From an uncultured archaeon (GTDB lineage: Archaea; Iainarchaeota; Iainarchaeia; Iainarchaeales; DATDZZ01), in contig CAYJVY010000001.1 in the NCBI GenBank assembly GCA_964373795.1, positions 99,837 to 163,836 of the forward strand: a stretch of 64,000 nucleotides of DNA, read 5' to 3'. The notes below the pieces were generated by a model that did no database searches, was not told the origin of the DNA, and saw only the letters and a list, made by a program, of their open reading frames with translations. Shown piece by piece: positions 28,538 to 37,815 of this stretch (within the stretch, counting starts at the first letter, position 1; each line of letters starts with the position of its first letter). Both the position numbers and the translations under genes were made by a program.

Positions 28538-29257
28538 ATGAGGCTTGTATTTGTTATTGGTTTACCTGGAACAGGTAAAACAACTGTTGGAAGAAAGCTT
28601 GCAAAACAATACAAATTACCTTTTGTTTCTGCTGGAGAGTGGATTAGAAGAGAAATGCGTAGAGAGACTGCTCTTGGAAGGAGAATGAAAAAAGCTCATG
28701 ATACAGGTAGATTGAATGATTTAGGTGATTTAAAAGAATTATTTATTTCAAAAATTTTTACTAATTTGAAAGGATCGAAAAAAATTCGACCCGAGTTCAG
28801 TAATGGATTTGTTTTAGAGGGTTTTCCTAGAAGCCTTGCAGGCCTTGAACTGCTTGAATCAATTTTTGGAAAACAATTAATTAGTATGGCAGAATTTTAT
28901 CATTTATTTACTCCAGTTAGAACAGCTGTTGAAAGAATGTTGTTTGAAAGAAAACGCGCAGACGATGTTCCAGAAGTTGTTGCAAGAAAAATAGCTATTT
29001 TTAAAGAAAGAACTTTTCCACTAGTTTTAGAGTTAAAACATAGAGGGCAATTAATTAGAGTGAAAACAGTTCATGCCGATCGTAGAAGTAAGCCAGGTAC
29101 TAGGTCCGTGGGAAGAGAAACAGCTGTAGAAAGGACTTTAGAATTAACTCAAGTAAACCTTAAAAAAATGAGGGCAAAAAAATTGCGAAAGCAAGAAATG
29201 AAAAGAGTAAAAAAACCAAATAAAGTTCAGCTGCCTAAACGAAGACCTAGAGCTTAA
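28538..29257 (+). CDS. P-loop nucleotide/nucleoside kinase-like protein with Lys/Arg-rich C-terminal tail
   Basis: Walker A GLPGTGKTT at the N-terminus, adenylate-kinase-like fold spacing. The last 40 aa are highly basic. Confidence 0.5.
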   Translation: MRLVFVIGLPGTGKTTVGRKLAKQYKLPFVSAGEWIRREMRRETALGRRMKKAHDTGRLNDLGDLKELFISKIFTNLKGSKKIRPEFSNGFVLEGFPRSLAGLELLESIFGKQLISMAEFYHLFTPVRTAVERMLFERKRADDVPEVVARKIAIFKERTFPLVLELKHRGQLIRVKTVHADRRSKPGTRSVGRETAVERTLELTQVNLKKMRAKKLRKQEMKRVKKPNKVQLPKRRPRA

Positions 29258-29646
29258 TCTTTTTTAATTAAGTTTTTGTATTTTTGAAATACTTGTTCTA
29301 CTTGTGCATGAGTTACATGGTTTTTGTGATGTCTAAATCCTCCTCCAAATCCTTGAGGAATATGCATTAATTCATGAATCAATGTTTTGATTTTTTCATC
29401 CTCGTTTTGCAAATCAAATTGTTCGGAAATTAATTCAATTGAATAAAACGGTTTTAACTGCATTCCTAGTTGCATTACTTTTTGCAGGGAATGAATTCTT
29501 GCAATTGTTCTCCTAGTCTTAGTTCCACTTGACTTAATACATGCAATTCTCTTAATTTGAATATGCTGAAAACCCAATGCTTCAATCAAGTTTCTGGTTT
29601 TCAAAGTCCATTCACTTGAATACTCGTATTTCATTTCATTCCCCAA
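29254..29646 (-). CDS. Predicted zinc metallopeptidase (HExxH)
   Basis: HELMHIPQGFGGGFRHH motif. About 130 aa, as in archaeal predicted-metallopeptidase families. Confidence 0.5.
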   Translation of the reverse strand: MGNEMKYEYSSEWTLKTRNLIEALGFQHIQIKRIACIKSSGTKTRRTIARIHSLQKVMQLGMQLKPFYSIELISEQFDLQNEDEKIKTLIHELMHIPQGFGGGFRHHKNHVTHAQVEQVFQKYKNLIKKD

Positions 29647-30001
29647 AAAATTTTTCCTTCACAGTTAACTCTATATCTCCGTAAACCTTGTATTTTCTCC
29701 AATTCCTTCCTTCACTAATTAATTTTTTTTTCAATTCAAGTTTTAATTCTTTAAATATTTTTCCTAAAGGTTTTCTTCCATGCAAAACCTCTTTCAAAAA
29801 CTTTTCAGGGTTTTTTAAAGGAATTTCTACAACCGATTTTTCAACTCTTTTTCCATTTAATTTGAATTCAATTACTCTTCTAATTTTTAACTTGTTTTTT
29901 GTTTGACTTAAAACTTTAAAGCTTCCGCCTTTTCTTGAAATAAATTCAGTTGTTGAACCCTCGGCTGTTCCCAGAAATTTTTCAAACCATTTTTGTTTCA
30001 T
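29636..30001 (-). CDS. Hypothetical protein co-transcribed with the metallopeptidase
   Basis: 121-aa ORF overlapping the downstream gene by 11 bp. Confidence 0.35.
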   Translation of the reverse strand: MKQKWFEKFLGTAEGSTTEFISRKGGSFKVLSQTKNKLKIRRVIEFKLNGKRVEKSVVEIPLKNPEKFLKEVLHGRKPLGKIFKELKLELKKKLISEGRNWRKYKVYGDIELTVKEKFFGE

Positions 30002-30062
30002 TCTGTATTCAATAAAATGTTTGTTCTAATGCAATTTAAATTTATTGCTAAATAATTTTTTT

Positions 30063-31151
30063 ATGAGTCAAAGAATTATTCTTTGCATGGATTTGGATTA
30101 CTTTTTTGCTCAAATAGAAGAAATTCGAAAACCTGAATTAAAAGGCAAACCAATAGTTGTATGCGTTTATTCAGGCAGATCGCAAGACTCTGGAGCTGTT
30201 TCAACTTCAAATTATTTAGCTCGCGCTCTAGGAATTAAATCTAGCATGCCAATTGCTTTTGCAAAAAAGAAAGCTTCAAGTGAAACAATTTTTCTTCCAG
30301 TTGACATGAATTATTATTCTCAAGTTTCAGACAGAATAATGTCCTTGCTTTCAAGCTTTTCACCAGTATTAGAACAAGCATCAATTGATGAAGCATATTT
30401 AGATGTAACTCAACAAACACAAGGAGATTTTAATAAAGCAAAAAGCTTGGCTGAAAAAATTAAATTAGCTTTGCTTGAACAAGAAAACCTTACTTGTTCA
30501 ATAGGCGTTGGCTCGAATAAATTAATTGCTAAAATGGCTTCAACTGCAAAAAAACCAAATGGTTTGACTGTAATCCTTCCTTCAAAGGTTAAAGAATTTT
30601 TAAATCCTTTAAAGGTTGAAAAACTCTTCGGAGTAGGAAAGAAAACAACTGAAGTCTTACTTGAAAATAAAATTGAATCAATTGAACAATTAAGTAAAAC
30701 AAGTGTTCAACTATTAATTGACTTATTTGGAGAAAAAAGAGGAAAACAATTACATGAAAGGGCCAATGGAATAGACTTTTCTGAAGTTGAGGTCAATTCG
30801 GAGCAACAACAATTTTCCAGAATTGGCACTTTAAAACAAGACTCAAAAGACTTTGACTTTGTTTTGAGTTTCTCCGACTTTTTATGTGAAGAATTATTTA
30901 GAAAAATATCTGAAGAAAAAATTTTTTTCAAAACTGTTTCAATTATTGCAATAACAAATAAATTGGAAACCCACACTAAATCTAAAACTCTTTCCAAGCC
31001 CTCAAACAAGTTAAATGATTTAAAAGAAGCCTGTAAAGAATTGTTAAAAAATTTCTTGAATGAAAATTCTTCCTTTTTTTTGAGAAGATTTGGAGTTCGC
31101 GTTTCAAATTTTTCTGCAGAAGAAAAGCAGAAAAATTTGTTTGAGTTTTGA
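30063..31151 (+). CDS. dbh: Y-family DNA polymerase IV (Dpo4/Dbh)
   Basis: ILCMDLDYFFAQIE catalytic D-D motif, SIDEAYLD, HhH region. Internal ATG chosen. Confidence 0.8.
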   Translation: MSQRIILCMDLDYFFAQIEEIRKPELKGKPIVVCVYSGRSQDSGAVSTSNYLARALGIKSSMPIAFAKKKASSETIFLPVDMNYYSQVSDRIMSLLSSFSPVLEQASIDEAYLDVTQQTQGDFNKAKSLAEKIKLALLEQENLTCSIGVGSNKLIAKMASTAKKPNGLTVILPSKVKEFLNPLKVEKLFGVGKKTTEVLLENKIESIEQLSKTSVQLLIDLFGEKRGKQLHERANGIDFSEVEVNSEQQQFSRIGTLKQDSKDFDFVLSFSDFLCEELFRKISEEKIFFKTVSIIAITNKLETHTKSKTLSKPSNKLNDLKEACKELLKNFLNENSSFFLRRFGVRVSNFSAEEKQKNLFEF

Positions 31152-31200
31152 TTTGCAATTCTAGTTTGTTTTTTTAATACTGTTTGTGTAAAAATATTGT

Positions 31201-31854
31201 ATGAATGAATTAAAGCGAATAGAGAAATACATAAAAAAATATTCTCTTGGATTAATTGAAAGAAAAACCTCTTTAAAGCACTATAATGAATTGCTTGAAA
31301 AAATTGAGGAAGGCCTTTCATTTGAGTCACTGATTTCAGATTTTTTGGAAAAAAAACCGCTTGTTAGAGTGTTTGAAATTGGTTGTGGAGAAGCTCAAGC
31401 TTTAAAGGAATTAAAAGTAATTTTTAAAAACAAAGTTTTTGTTTCAGGAATTGATTTACTTGAAACGGATTTTCAGAACTTGGATGAATTAATTATTGGC
31501 GATGTATTAGAGCAAGTTTTTCCTCAAAACTGTGACATAATTTTTTCATTTAAATCTTTGCACGAAATCGGTTCAACTAAACAACTAATTGAAAAAATTG
31601 AATCCTCTTTAACAAATGGAGGAGTAGCAATTCTTTCCATTCGCGTACAAGAATTCAAGCAAGGCGAATTAGTTTTCCTTGGAGAGTTAACTCAAGAAGA
31701 CTTGGATTTTTTGAATTCAATTCTGCAAGCAGAAAAATTTAAGTCTTGCCTAGTTTCTGGAAGCAAGGTTTTCTTAGAATATAATGGAGTTCAATTTCTT
31801 GCAGGCATTAATTTAATTTTAATGAAGCAAGTGCAGTTCAGCCGGCGAGGCTGA
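31201..31854 (+). CDS. Class I SAM-dependent methyltransferase
   Basis: Motif I VFEIGCGEAQAL. The last about 6 codons run into the GC-rich island. Confidence 0.5.
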   Translation: MNELKRIEKYIKKYSLGLIERKTSLKHYNELLEKIEEGLSFESLISDFLEKKPLVRVFEIGCGEAQALKELKVIFKNKVFVSGIDLLETDFQNLDELIIGDVLEQVFPQNCDIIFSFKSLHEIGSTKQLIEKIESSLTNGGVAILSIRVQEFKQGELVFLGELTQEDLDFLNSILQAEKFKSCLVSGSKVFLEYNGVQFLAGINLILMKQVQFSRRG

Positions 31855-32100
31855 GTGCCCACGTGGGCATCGCGCTTGCCGCGCGAGACGGCAGCTGAAG
31901 GGTCACGTGACCCCTCGTGCTCGACGCACGAGACGTCGCAGCCGGCGAGGCTGAAGCTAAAGCCAATGAAGCTGAGCCAAGTGGTGGGTGTGAGTCAACA
32001 GTCAGCGGAGCTGAGGCAGGCGGCGAACATGAAGCCAGTGAGGTTGACTCGTGTTCATTGTGTGCAACCGCAGTTGAGTGCCTTCGAATCATTTTGGTTA
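31838..32100. ncRNA. GC-rich structured-RNA candidate, possibly SRP (7S) RNA. Strand undetermined.
   Basis: About 60% GC island in a roughly 30% GC genome. Palindromic hairpins gcccACGTgggc, gggtcACGTgaccc, cgtgcTCGACgcacg. 17-nt direct repeat gcagccggcgaggctga x2. ORFs on both strands encode Ala/Ser/Pro-rich nonsense. No RNase P CR-I motif and no tRNA T-loop/stem found. Confidence 0.4.
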
Positions 32101-32199
32101 GTCGCGTTATTTTCTGAGTTAATCTCCATTAAAATGAAATAACTTCATAATCCCTTTCTTTTAGTATCAAAAGGTTTATTAACACTAAAATAAAGAATA

Positions 32200-33135
32200 A
32201 TGTTGGATTTGACTATTATGTGTTTTAAGGCAAAGATATTATTTGTTTTATTTTTAATATTGTTTTGTAATACTTTTTTTGCAGAACCTACAAAGGTAAA
32301 AGTTGGAAGCTATATTTTGAATGTTGGAAATTTTGATCCTGCTTTAGGAACTTATGATTTGTCCTTCTATGTTTGGGTCAAATGGGATAAGGACATTAAT
32401 GGCTTTACTGCTGAAAATTTTGAATTAATGAATGCAAAAAATATGTCGCTTGAACTAATTGAAGAACTTCCCGGCTACAAATTTTATAGTGGTCAGGGGA
32501 CTTTTTTCCAAAAAATTGATATGGCAAATTTTCCTTTTGATTCGCATGAAATTTCACTTGAATTAGAAGACAAATTATATGATGTAACCAAGTTAGTTTA
32601 TGTTCCTGACACTAATTGGCTTTCCTCAGAGAACCCAGATATTGCAGTACTTGGATGGAAAAATAATGGCGCAAAAATAGAGTTTGTTGAAAGATATTAT
32701 GACACTTGGAACACTACATATTCAAGGTATATTCACAAAATCAATGTCTCAAGGCCTTTAATTGATTCACTAAAAGTTTTTCTGCCAATAATTTTTCTTT
32801 CATTGTTGGGATTTTTTACATTTCTTATAAACATTCGAAAATTTTCAGAAAGACTTTCAATGTCAGTTTTTACTTTCATGGCTGCTATTGCCTATCAAAT
32901 ACAAGTGAATGTAACAATTCCTCCATTGGGGTTTTTCACGATTGCAGACAAGGCAATGATTGCAATTTATGCAGGCCTTTTGTTTGCAACGATTTACACA
33001 ATTTATATACAATGGTATGAGGAGAAAAACAAAGAGGCAGTCGCTAGTAGGACAAACAAATTCGTGATATCATTTTATTTCATTTTCCAGCTGTTAGTAT
33101 TCTTAGTAATATTTGTTTTGGATTATCTATTTTGA
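32200..33135 (+). CDS. Pentameric ligand-gated ion channel (pLGIC, GLIC/ELIC-like)
   Basis: Signal peptide, about 200-aa beta-rich extracellular domain with YVWVKWDKD (W-x-D) and Cys-loop-equivalent FPFD motif, then four TM helices. The M1 Pro (FLPIIF) and an M2 pore helix ERLSMSVFTFMAAIAYQIQVNVTIP align with GLIC M2. Confidence 0.7.
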   Translation: MLDLTIMCFKAKILFVLFLILFCNTFFAEPTKVKVGSYILNVGNFDPALGTYDLSFYVWVKWDKDINGFTAENFELMNAKNMSLELIEELPGYKFYSGQGTFFQKIDMANFPFDSHEISLELEDKLYDVTKLVYVPDTNWLSSENPDIAVLGWKNNGAKIEFVERYYDTWNTTYSRYIHKINVSRPLIDSLKVFLPIIFLSLLGFFTFLINIRKFSERLSMSVFTFMAAIAYQIQVNVTIPPLGFFTIADKAMIAIYAGLLFATIYTIYIQWYEEKNKEAVASRTNKFVISFYFIFQLLVFLVIFVLDYLF

Positions 33136-33313
33136 GTAAACAAAAGGATTGCTTTGCTTGTAGCATAAGGCGTTTCGAGAATTGTATCAGAGTTTATTTA
33201 AAAGCTTTTAATTGCATTATTTCTGTGTTAGAAATTGAAAAACTGAACACAAAGCTTTTTATATTAAAATGAATACATGTTATGTAATTCATATGTTTTT
33301 TTGGTGAAATGAA

Positions 33314-34831
33314 TTGAAGATTGTTACTTTAAATCCGCCTTTTTTTGAAAAGTTTTCCAAGGATTCTAGGAGTCCAGGTGTATCAAAAGGAGGCTGTGTT
33401 TATTATCCTATTTGGCTTGGATATTGCACTGGATTACTTGAAAAGCAAGGACATGAAGTGAAATTAATTGATTCCCCTGCTGAAGGAATGAATTTAGAAA
33501 AATGTTTGCAAATTGTTAAAGAATTTAATCCTAGAATGATTGTAGTGCAAACAGTTACTGCAAGTTTTAATAATGACATAATGGTTGTAGAAGAATTAAA
33601 GAAAATCTTGCCAAATGTTTTCATTGCATTAGTTGGAGATCATACTAGTGCAGTGCCAATTGAGTCTCTTAAAGCAAGTAAATTTGTTGACTGTGTAACA
33701 ATTCAAGAATTTGATTTCACTGTAAGAGATATTGCAATTGCTTTAGAGCAAGGAAAAGATATCTCTACTGTTAGAGGAATTGTTTATAGAAAAATTAATT
33801 CAGATGTATTAGAAGAATTCAAGTTTACTTTGCCTCGCGAATTAATTTCAGGCCAAGACTTAGATGAATTTCCATTTGTTTCAGATGTTTATAAAAGACA
33901 TTTAACAATTGAAAACTATTTTTATCCTTCAGTGTTATATCCTGAAGTAACAATTATTACTGGCCGTGGATGCAAATACAGATGTACGTTTTGTAAATGG
34001 CCGCAGACTTTGACAATGCATGAATATAGAGCTAGGTCAGTGAAAAATGTGGTAGATGAATTTGAATGGATTGAAAAAAATTTGCCTCAAGTAAAAGACA
34101 TTATGATTGAAGATGATACTTTAACTCAAGACAAGACTAGAACAATTGAGTTATGTAAAGAAGTTGTTGCAAGAGGGTTGAAAATTCCTTGGACTTGTAA
34201 TTCCAGAGCAGACATTGATTTAGAGACAATGGAGTGGATGAAGAAAGCTAATTGTAGATTAATGTGTGTTGGATTTGAATCAGCTGATCAACAAATTTTA
34301 AACAATATTAAGAAGGGAACAATGATTCCAAAAATAAAGCAATTTGTTGTAGATGCAAAAAAAGCAGGAATATTAATTCATGGGTGTTTCATGCTTGGAA
34401 ATAAAGGTGAAACAAAGGAAACAATTAAGAAAACAGTTGCAATGGCTAAAGAATTAGATCCTGATACAGCTCAATTTTTTCCAATAATGGTTTATCCTGG
34501 AACAGAGGCATATAAATGGGCTGAAGAAAATAATTTCCTGAAAACAAAGGATTGGAGTAAATGGTTATTGCCTGATGGAACTCACAATTCAATTGTTTCA
34601 ACAGACAAATTAACTTCAGAAGAACTAGTAAGAGAATGCGATAAAGCAAGAATTGCATTTTATTTAAGGCCTGCATTTATTTTCAGAAAATTAAATCAAG
34701 TAATAAAAAATCCTTTAAAAGAATTCCCTAGATTTGTTATTTCAACTTGGATTTTCTCTAAGTACTTGGCAAAAGAAGTAAAAGAAACCATTTTTCCAAC
34801 TCCTTCCAGCAAAACAACTCTTTCAGCTTAA
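33314..34831 (+). CDS. B12-binding-domain radical SAM protein
   Basis: N-terminal Rossmann-like B12-binding region, radical SAM C-x3-C-x2-C in ITGRGCKYRCTFCKW. 505 aa. Confidence 0.7.
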   Translation: MKIVTLNPPFFEKFSKDSRSPGVSKGGCVYYPIWLGYCTGLLEKQGHEVKLIDSPAEGMNLEKCLQIVKEFNPRMIVVQTVTASFNNDIMVVEELKKILPNVFIALVGDHTSAVPIESLKASKFVDCVTIQEFDFTVRDIAIALEQGKDISTVRGIVYRKINSDVLEEFKFTLPRELISGQDLDEFPFVSDVYKRHLTIENYFYPSVLYPEVTIITGRGCKYRCTFCKWPQTLTMHEYRARSVKNVVDEFEWIEKNLPQVKDIMIEDDTLTQDKTRTIELCKEVVARGLKIPWTCNSRADIDLETMEWMKKANCRLMCVGFESADQQILNNIKKGTMIPKIKQFVVDAKKAGILIHGCFMLGNKGETKETIKKTVAMAKELDPDTAQFFPIMVYPGTEAYKWAEENNFLKTKDWSKWLLPDGTHNSIVSTDKLTSEELVRECDKARIAFYLRPAFIFRKLNQVIKNPLKEFPRFVISTWIFSKYLAKEVKETIFPTPSSKTTLSA

Positions 34832-34912
34832 ATTCAAACAAATTTCTAATTATTAACTTTAGATCTTTTATTTGTTTTCTAATTTAAAAAAATTTCTTTA
34901 ATGACATTTGTG

Positions 34913-35725
34913 TTATACCCCTTTTCTTAGAATAATTTTTTGTCCTCTTTTTACTTCAAATTTTTCTGCAAAATTTCCAAGGTTAACTGCTATTTCAATT
35001 CCGTCAAAATCATCATCTAAAATAACTAGTTCTCCTTTTGAAACCTCTCCAAAAGTTTTCTTATAATTTAATTCAAGCTTTAATTCATTAATTTCTGCAA
35101 TGATTTTATCTCCTAGTTTAGCAAATTCATGAAAATCTTTTTGCAAAACATTTACAAAAGCGTTCCCCTCGGCATTGACGTCGATAATTGTGCAAGCAAT
35201 TTTTTTTCCATTACTTTTAATGTTTTCATAAGGAGCTTTAACTAGCTCTTGCGGATTGAGTTTTCTTCCAAATTCTTGAATTTTTTTTCCATTAGCTAGA
35301 TGTGCTGCTGCTGGCATGAATACATCTCTTCCATGAAAAATATTTGAAACAGGTTGATTCATTAATTTAGGGTTTTCTAAAGCATGAACTTTAACAATTC
35401 CTCCTAAAAAGTTTGCAGCAGGAATTAAAACTCCGTTATCAGGGCCAATTAAATAATCTCCTCGATTTGTTTGAATTACAATTCCTTTTCTTGAAGTTCC
35501 AACTCCTGGATCTACAACGCATACATGGCATCCAATAGGCAACCATTTAATTGCTTCAAAGACTTTTGCTCCGGCAACAATATCAAATGGAGGAATATTA
35601 GTACTCAATTCTATTACTCTAGCTTTTGGGCAAATCTTGAATGCAATTCCTTGCATTGCTCCATGGCCTTTATTTCCAGAGCCAAAATCAGTTGAAAAAC
35701 TAATGAAAGGATTTTTTGTTTTCAT
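34913..35725 (-). CDS. SAM hydroxide adenosyltransferase (DUF62 / SAM hydrolase, fluorinase-chlorinase fold)
   Basis: ISFSTDFGSGNKGHGAMQGIAFKI N-terminal motif typical of DUF62. 270 aa. Confidence 0.6.
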   Translation of the reverse strand: MKTKNPFISFSTDFGSGNKGHGAMQGIAFKICPKARVIELSTNIPPFDIVAGAKVFEAIKWLPIGCHVCVVDPGVGTSRKGIVIQTNRGDYLIGPDNGVLIPAANFLGGIVKVHALENPKLMNQPVSNIFHGRDVFMPAAAHLANGKKIQEFGRKLNPQELVKAPYENIKSNGKKIACTIIDVNAEGNAFVNVLQKDFHEFAKLGDKIIAEINELKLELNYKKTFGEVSKGELVILDDDFDGIEIAVNLGNFAEKFEVKRGQKIILRKGV

Positions 35726-35825
35726 ATAATATTTTTAGTGTATTATTAATTTAAAGTCTTTTTTAAGCAAAAGGTTATAAATTTCTTTTCCTTAATATTT
35801 TAACACAATTTAAGGTGGAATTTTT

Positions 35826-37055
35826 TTGGCTGTAAATGTTGTTTCAATTCTTTTATTTATTGGATCAATTGTTTTCATTGGATACATTGGGCATTTAATT
35901 TTTCAAAAATTTAGGATTCCAGACAGCTTGATTTTAATTTTAATTGGATTACTTGTTGGTCCATTTTTTCATGTATTGGATGCAAATTCAATTGAATTAT
36001 TTAAAGGAGTTACTCCCTTGCTTGCAACCCTTACTTTAATAATTCTTTTATTTGAAGGAGGCATGAATCTAAATTTTTATTATTTTTTGCAAAACCTTGG
36101 AAAAAGCAGTGGGTTTACTTTACTTGTATTTCTTTTAACTTTAATTTTTTCTGCAATTTTTTTTACTTTGCTCGGATGGAACCCAATTATTGCTGTAATG
36201 ATTGGAGGAATGATTTCAGGAACCTCTTCAGCATTAATTGCAGTAATTAATAGCACTAACGCTAAAAGTGATTCAAAGATTTTGCTTAACTTGGAAGGAA
36301 TTTTAACTGATGCTTTTTCAGCTGTAATTGTTTTAACTGCAATTGAATTGTTTTTAGCGAAAAGCATTAATTTTTCTGAAATATTTCAATCAATTCTTGG
36401 AAGTTTTTCAATTGCTGCAGTAATTGCTTTTGTTATAGGAATTGCATGGTTAAAGGTTTTAGAAAAAATTGTTTCAAAAGAACACGCTTTTATAATGACT
36501 TTTGGAATAACCCTAATAACTTACGCTTTTGTTGAATTCTCTAAAGGTTCTGGAGCAATTGCTGCTTTAGTGTTTGGACTAGTTTTAGGGAATGGAAAAG
36601 AAATTGCCCACATGCTTAGAATTAAATCGAAAGATTTAAGCGTGAATGTAAAACTTTTTCAAGCAGAGCTTTCATTTTTTATTCGAACATTTTTCTTTGT
36701 TAATTTAGGAATTATTTTTGATTTAAATCTTTTAACTCTTGAAACGCTTTTAATTGTTTTAGGAGTTTTAGTTTTAATGTTTATTGCAAGAGTAATTGGT
36801 TCAAAGGTTTTAATTAGAGTTGTAAAAGACTATAAAGAAGATGAATTATTAATTCAATCAATTATTGCAAAAGGAATGGCTGCAGCCGCATTAGCAACTT
36901 ATCCTATTTCCATTAATCTTCCAATTGGGGATTTTGCTTCAAAAATTATTTCAATTATTTCCTTGCTAATAATTTTTACAAATATTTTTAGCTTCATCGG
37001 AATTTATTTATACGAAAAAGGCAAGAAAGCAAAATCCTTGCAGGAAACAAAATAA
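35826..37055 (+). CDS. Monovalent cation:proton antiporter (CPA family Na+/H+ exchanger)
   Basis: 409 aa, about 11-12 TM helices, Na_H exchanger-like GxxxGPxxLG pattern. Confidence 0.6.
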   Translation: MAVNVVSILLFIGSIVFIGYIGHLIFQKFRIPDSLILILIGLLVGPFFHVLDANSIELFKGVTPLLATLTLIILLFEGGMNLNFYYFLQNLGKSSGFTLLVFLLTLIFSAIFFTLLGWNPIIAVMIGGMISGTSSALIAVINSTNAKSDSKILLNLEGILTDAFSAVIVLTAIELFLAKSINFSEIFQSILGSFSIAAVIAFVIGIAWLKVLEKIVSKEHAFIMTFGITLITYAFVEFSKGSGAIAALVFGLVLGNGKEIAHMLRIKSKDLSVNVKLFQAELSFFIRTFFFVNLGIIFDLNLLTLETLLIVLGVLVLMFIARVIGSKVLIRVVKDYKEDELLIQSIIAKGMAAAALATYPISINLPIGDFASKIISIISLLIIFTNIFSFIGIYLYEKGKKAKSLQETK

Positions 37056-37075
37056 TTTTTTTAAAGGAATTTAAA

Positions 37076-37792
37076 ATGCAGGAACTAGAATTGCCTTTAA
37101 TTGAAGTGATTCAAGAAACTCCTTCAATCAAGAGTTTTAAATTTTCTTTGCAAGGCCGGAAACTAAGTTTCAATCCAGGGCAATACATGATAATGGATTT
37201 AAAGGTTGCAGATCCAAAAGGCAATACACGTTTGTTTTCAATTTCCTCTGCTCCTTTAGAAAATTTTTTAATGTTTTCAACTAAAATCTCTGACTCAAAT
37301 TTCAAGCAAAAACTTAATTCATTAAAAATTGGAGAAAAAGTTAAATTGCAAGGCCCTTTAGGAAGATTCACCTTGCAAGAAGACATTTTTAAAAAAACTG
37401 TAATGATTGCAGGAGGCATTGGAATAACTCCTTTTAGATCAATGATTAAATTTGCTTTAAATTCAGTTCCTGGATTAAAAATTGTTTTACTTTACTCTAA
37501 TAAAACTCCGGATGAGATTGCTTTCAAAAAAGAATTTGAAGAACTGGCTTCCACGCATGCAGAAAACTTTTCTTTAGTTAACACTATTACTCAACCAGAA
37601 GAAGCCCTTGAATGGATTGGAAGAATTGGCAGAATAGACGAAACCTTAATTAAAGAATTTGTTGAAGACTTAAACGAAGCAATTTTCTATGTTTGTGGTC
37701 CTCCAAAAATGGTTGAAGCAATGGTTTCACTTTTAAAAGAAATGCAAATTCCTTCAACAAACATTAAATTTGAAAAATTCGTTGGATATTAA
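37076..37792 (+). CDS. FAD/NAD(P)-binding oxidoreductase of the ferredoxin-NADP reductase family
   Basis: RLFSIS (RxYS FAD motif) and MIAGGIGITPFRS NAD(P) motif. No C-terminal Fe-S cysteines. Confidence 0.6.
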   Translation: MQELELPLIEVIQETPSIKSFKFSLQGRKLSFNPGQYMIMDLKVADPKGNTRLFSISSAPLENFLMFSTKISDSNFKQKLNSLKIGEKVKLQGPLGRFTLQEDIFKKTVMIAGGIGITPFRSMIKFALNSVPGLKIVLLYSNKTPDEIAFKKEFEELASTHAENFSLVNTITQPEEALEWIGRIGRIDETLIKEFVEDLNEAIFYVCGPPKMVEAMVSLLKEMQIPSTNIKFEKFVGY

Positions 37793-37815
37793 TTTCTTTT
37801 AATGTAAAAATATTT

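Noticed and set aside
28538-29257. Isopentenyl phosphate kinase as identity of the P-loop protein
   Set aside because: IPK is an amino-acid-kinase-fold enzyme without a Walker A. This ORF has GLPGTGKTT and an adenylate-kinase-like layout plus a basic tail.
31838-32100. RNase P RNA or tRNA(s) as identity of the GC island
   Set aside because: There is no AGGAAAGUCC-like CR-I, no ACAGNRA, and no GGUUCGAAUC-type T-arm with a paired stem on either strand. The ccTTCGAATCa at 32074 lacks a T-stem.
31838-32142. ORFs 31838..32092(-) and 31855..32142(+) inside the GC-rich island
   Set aside because: Both strands give Ala/Ser/Pro/Arg-rich nonsense typical of GC-rich structured RNA. There is no start context and the ORFs overlap each other.
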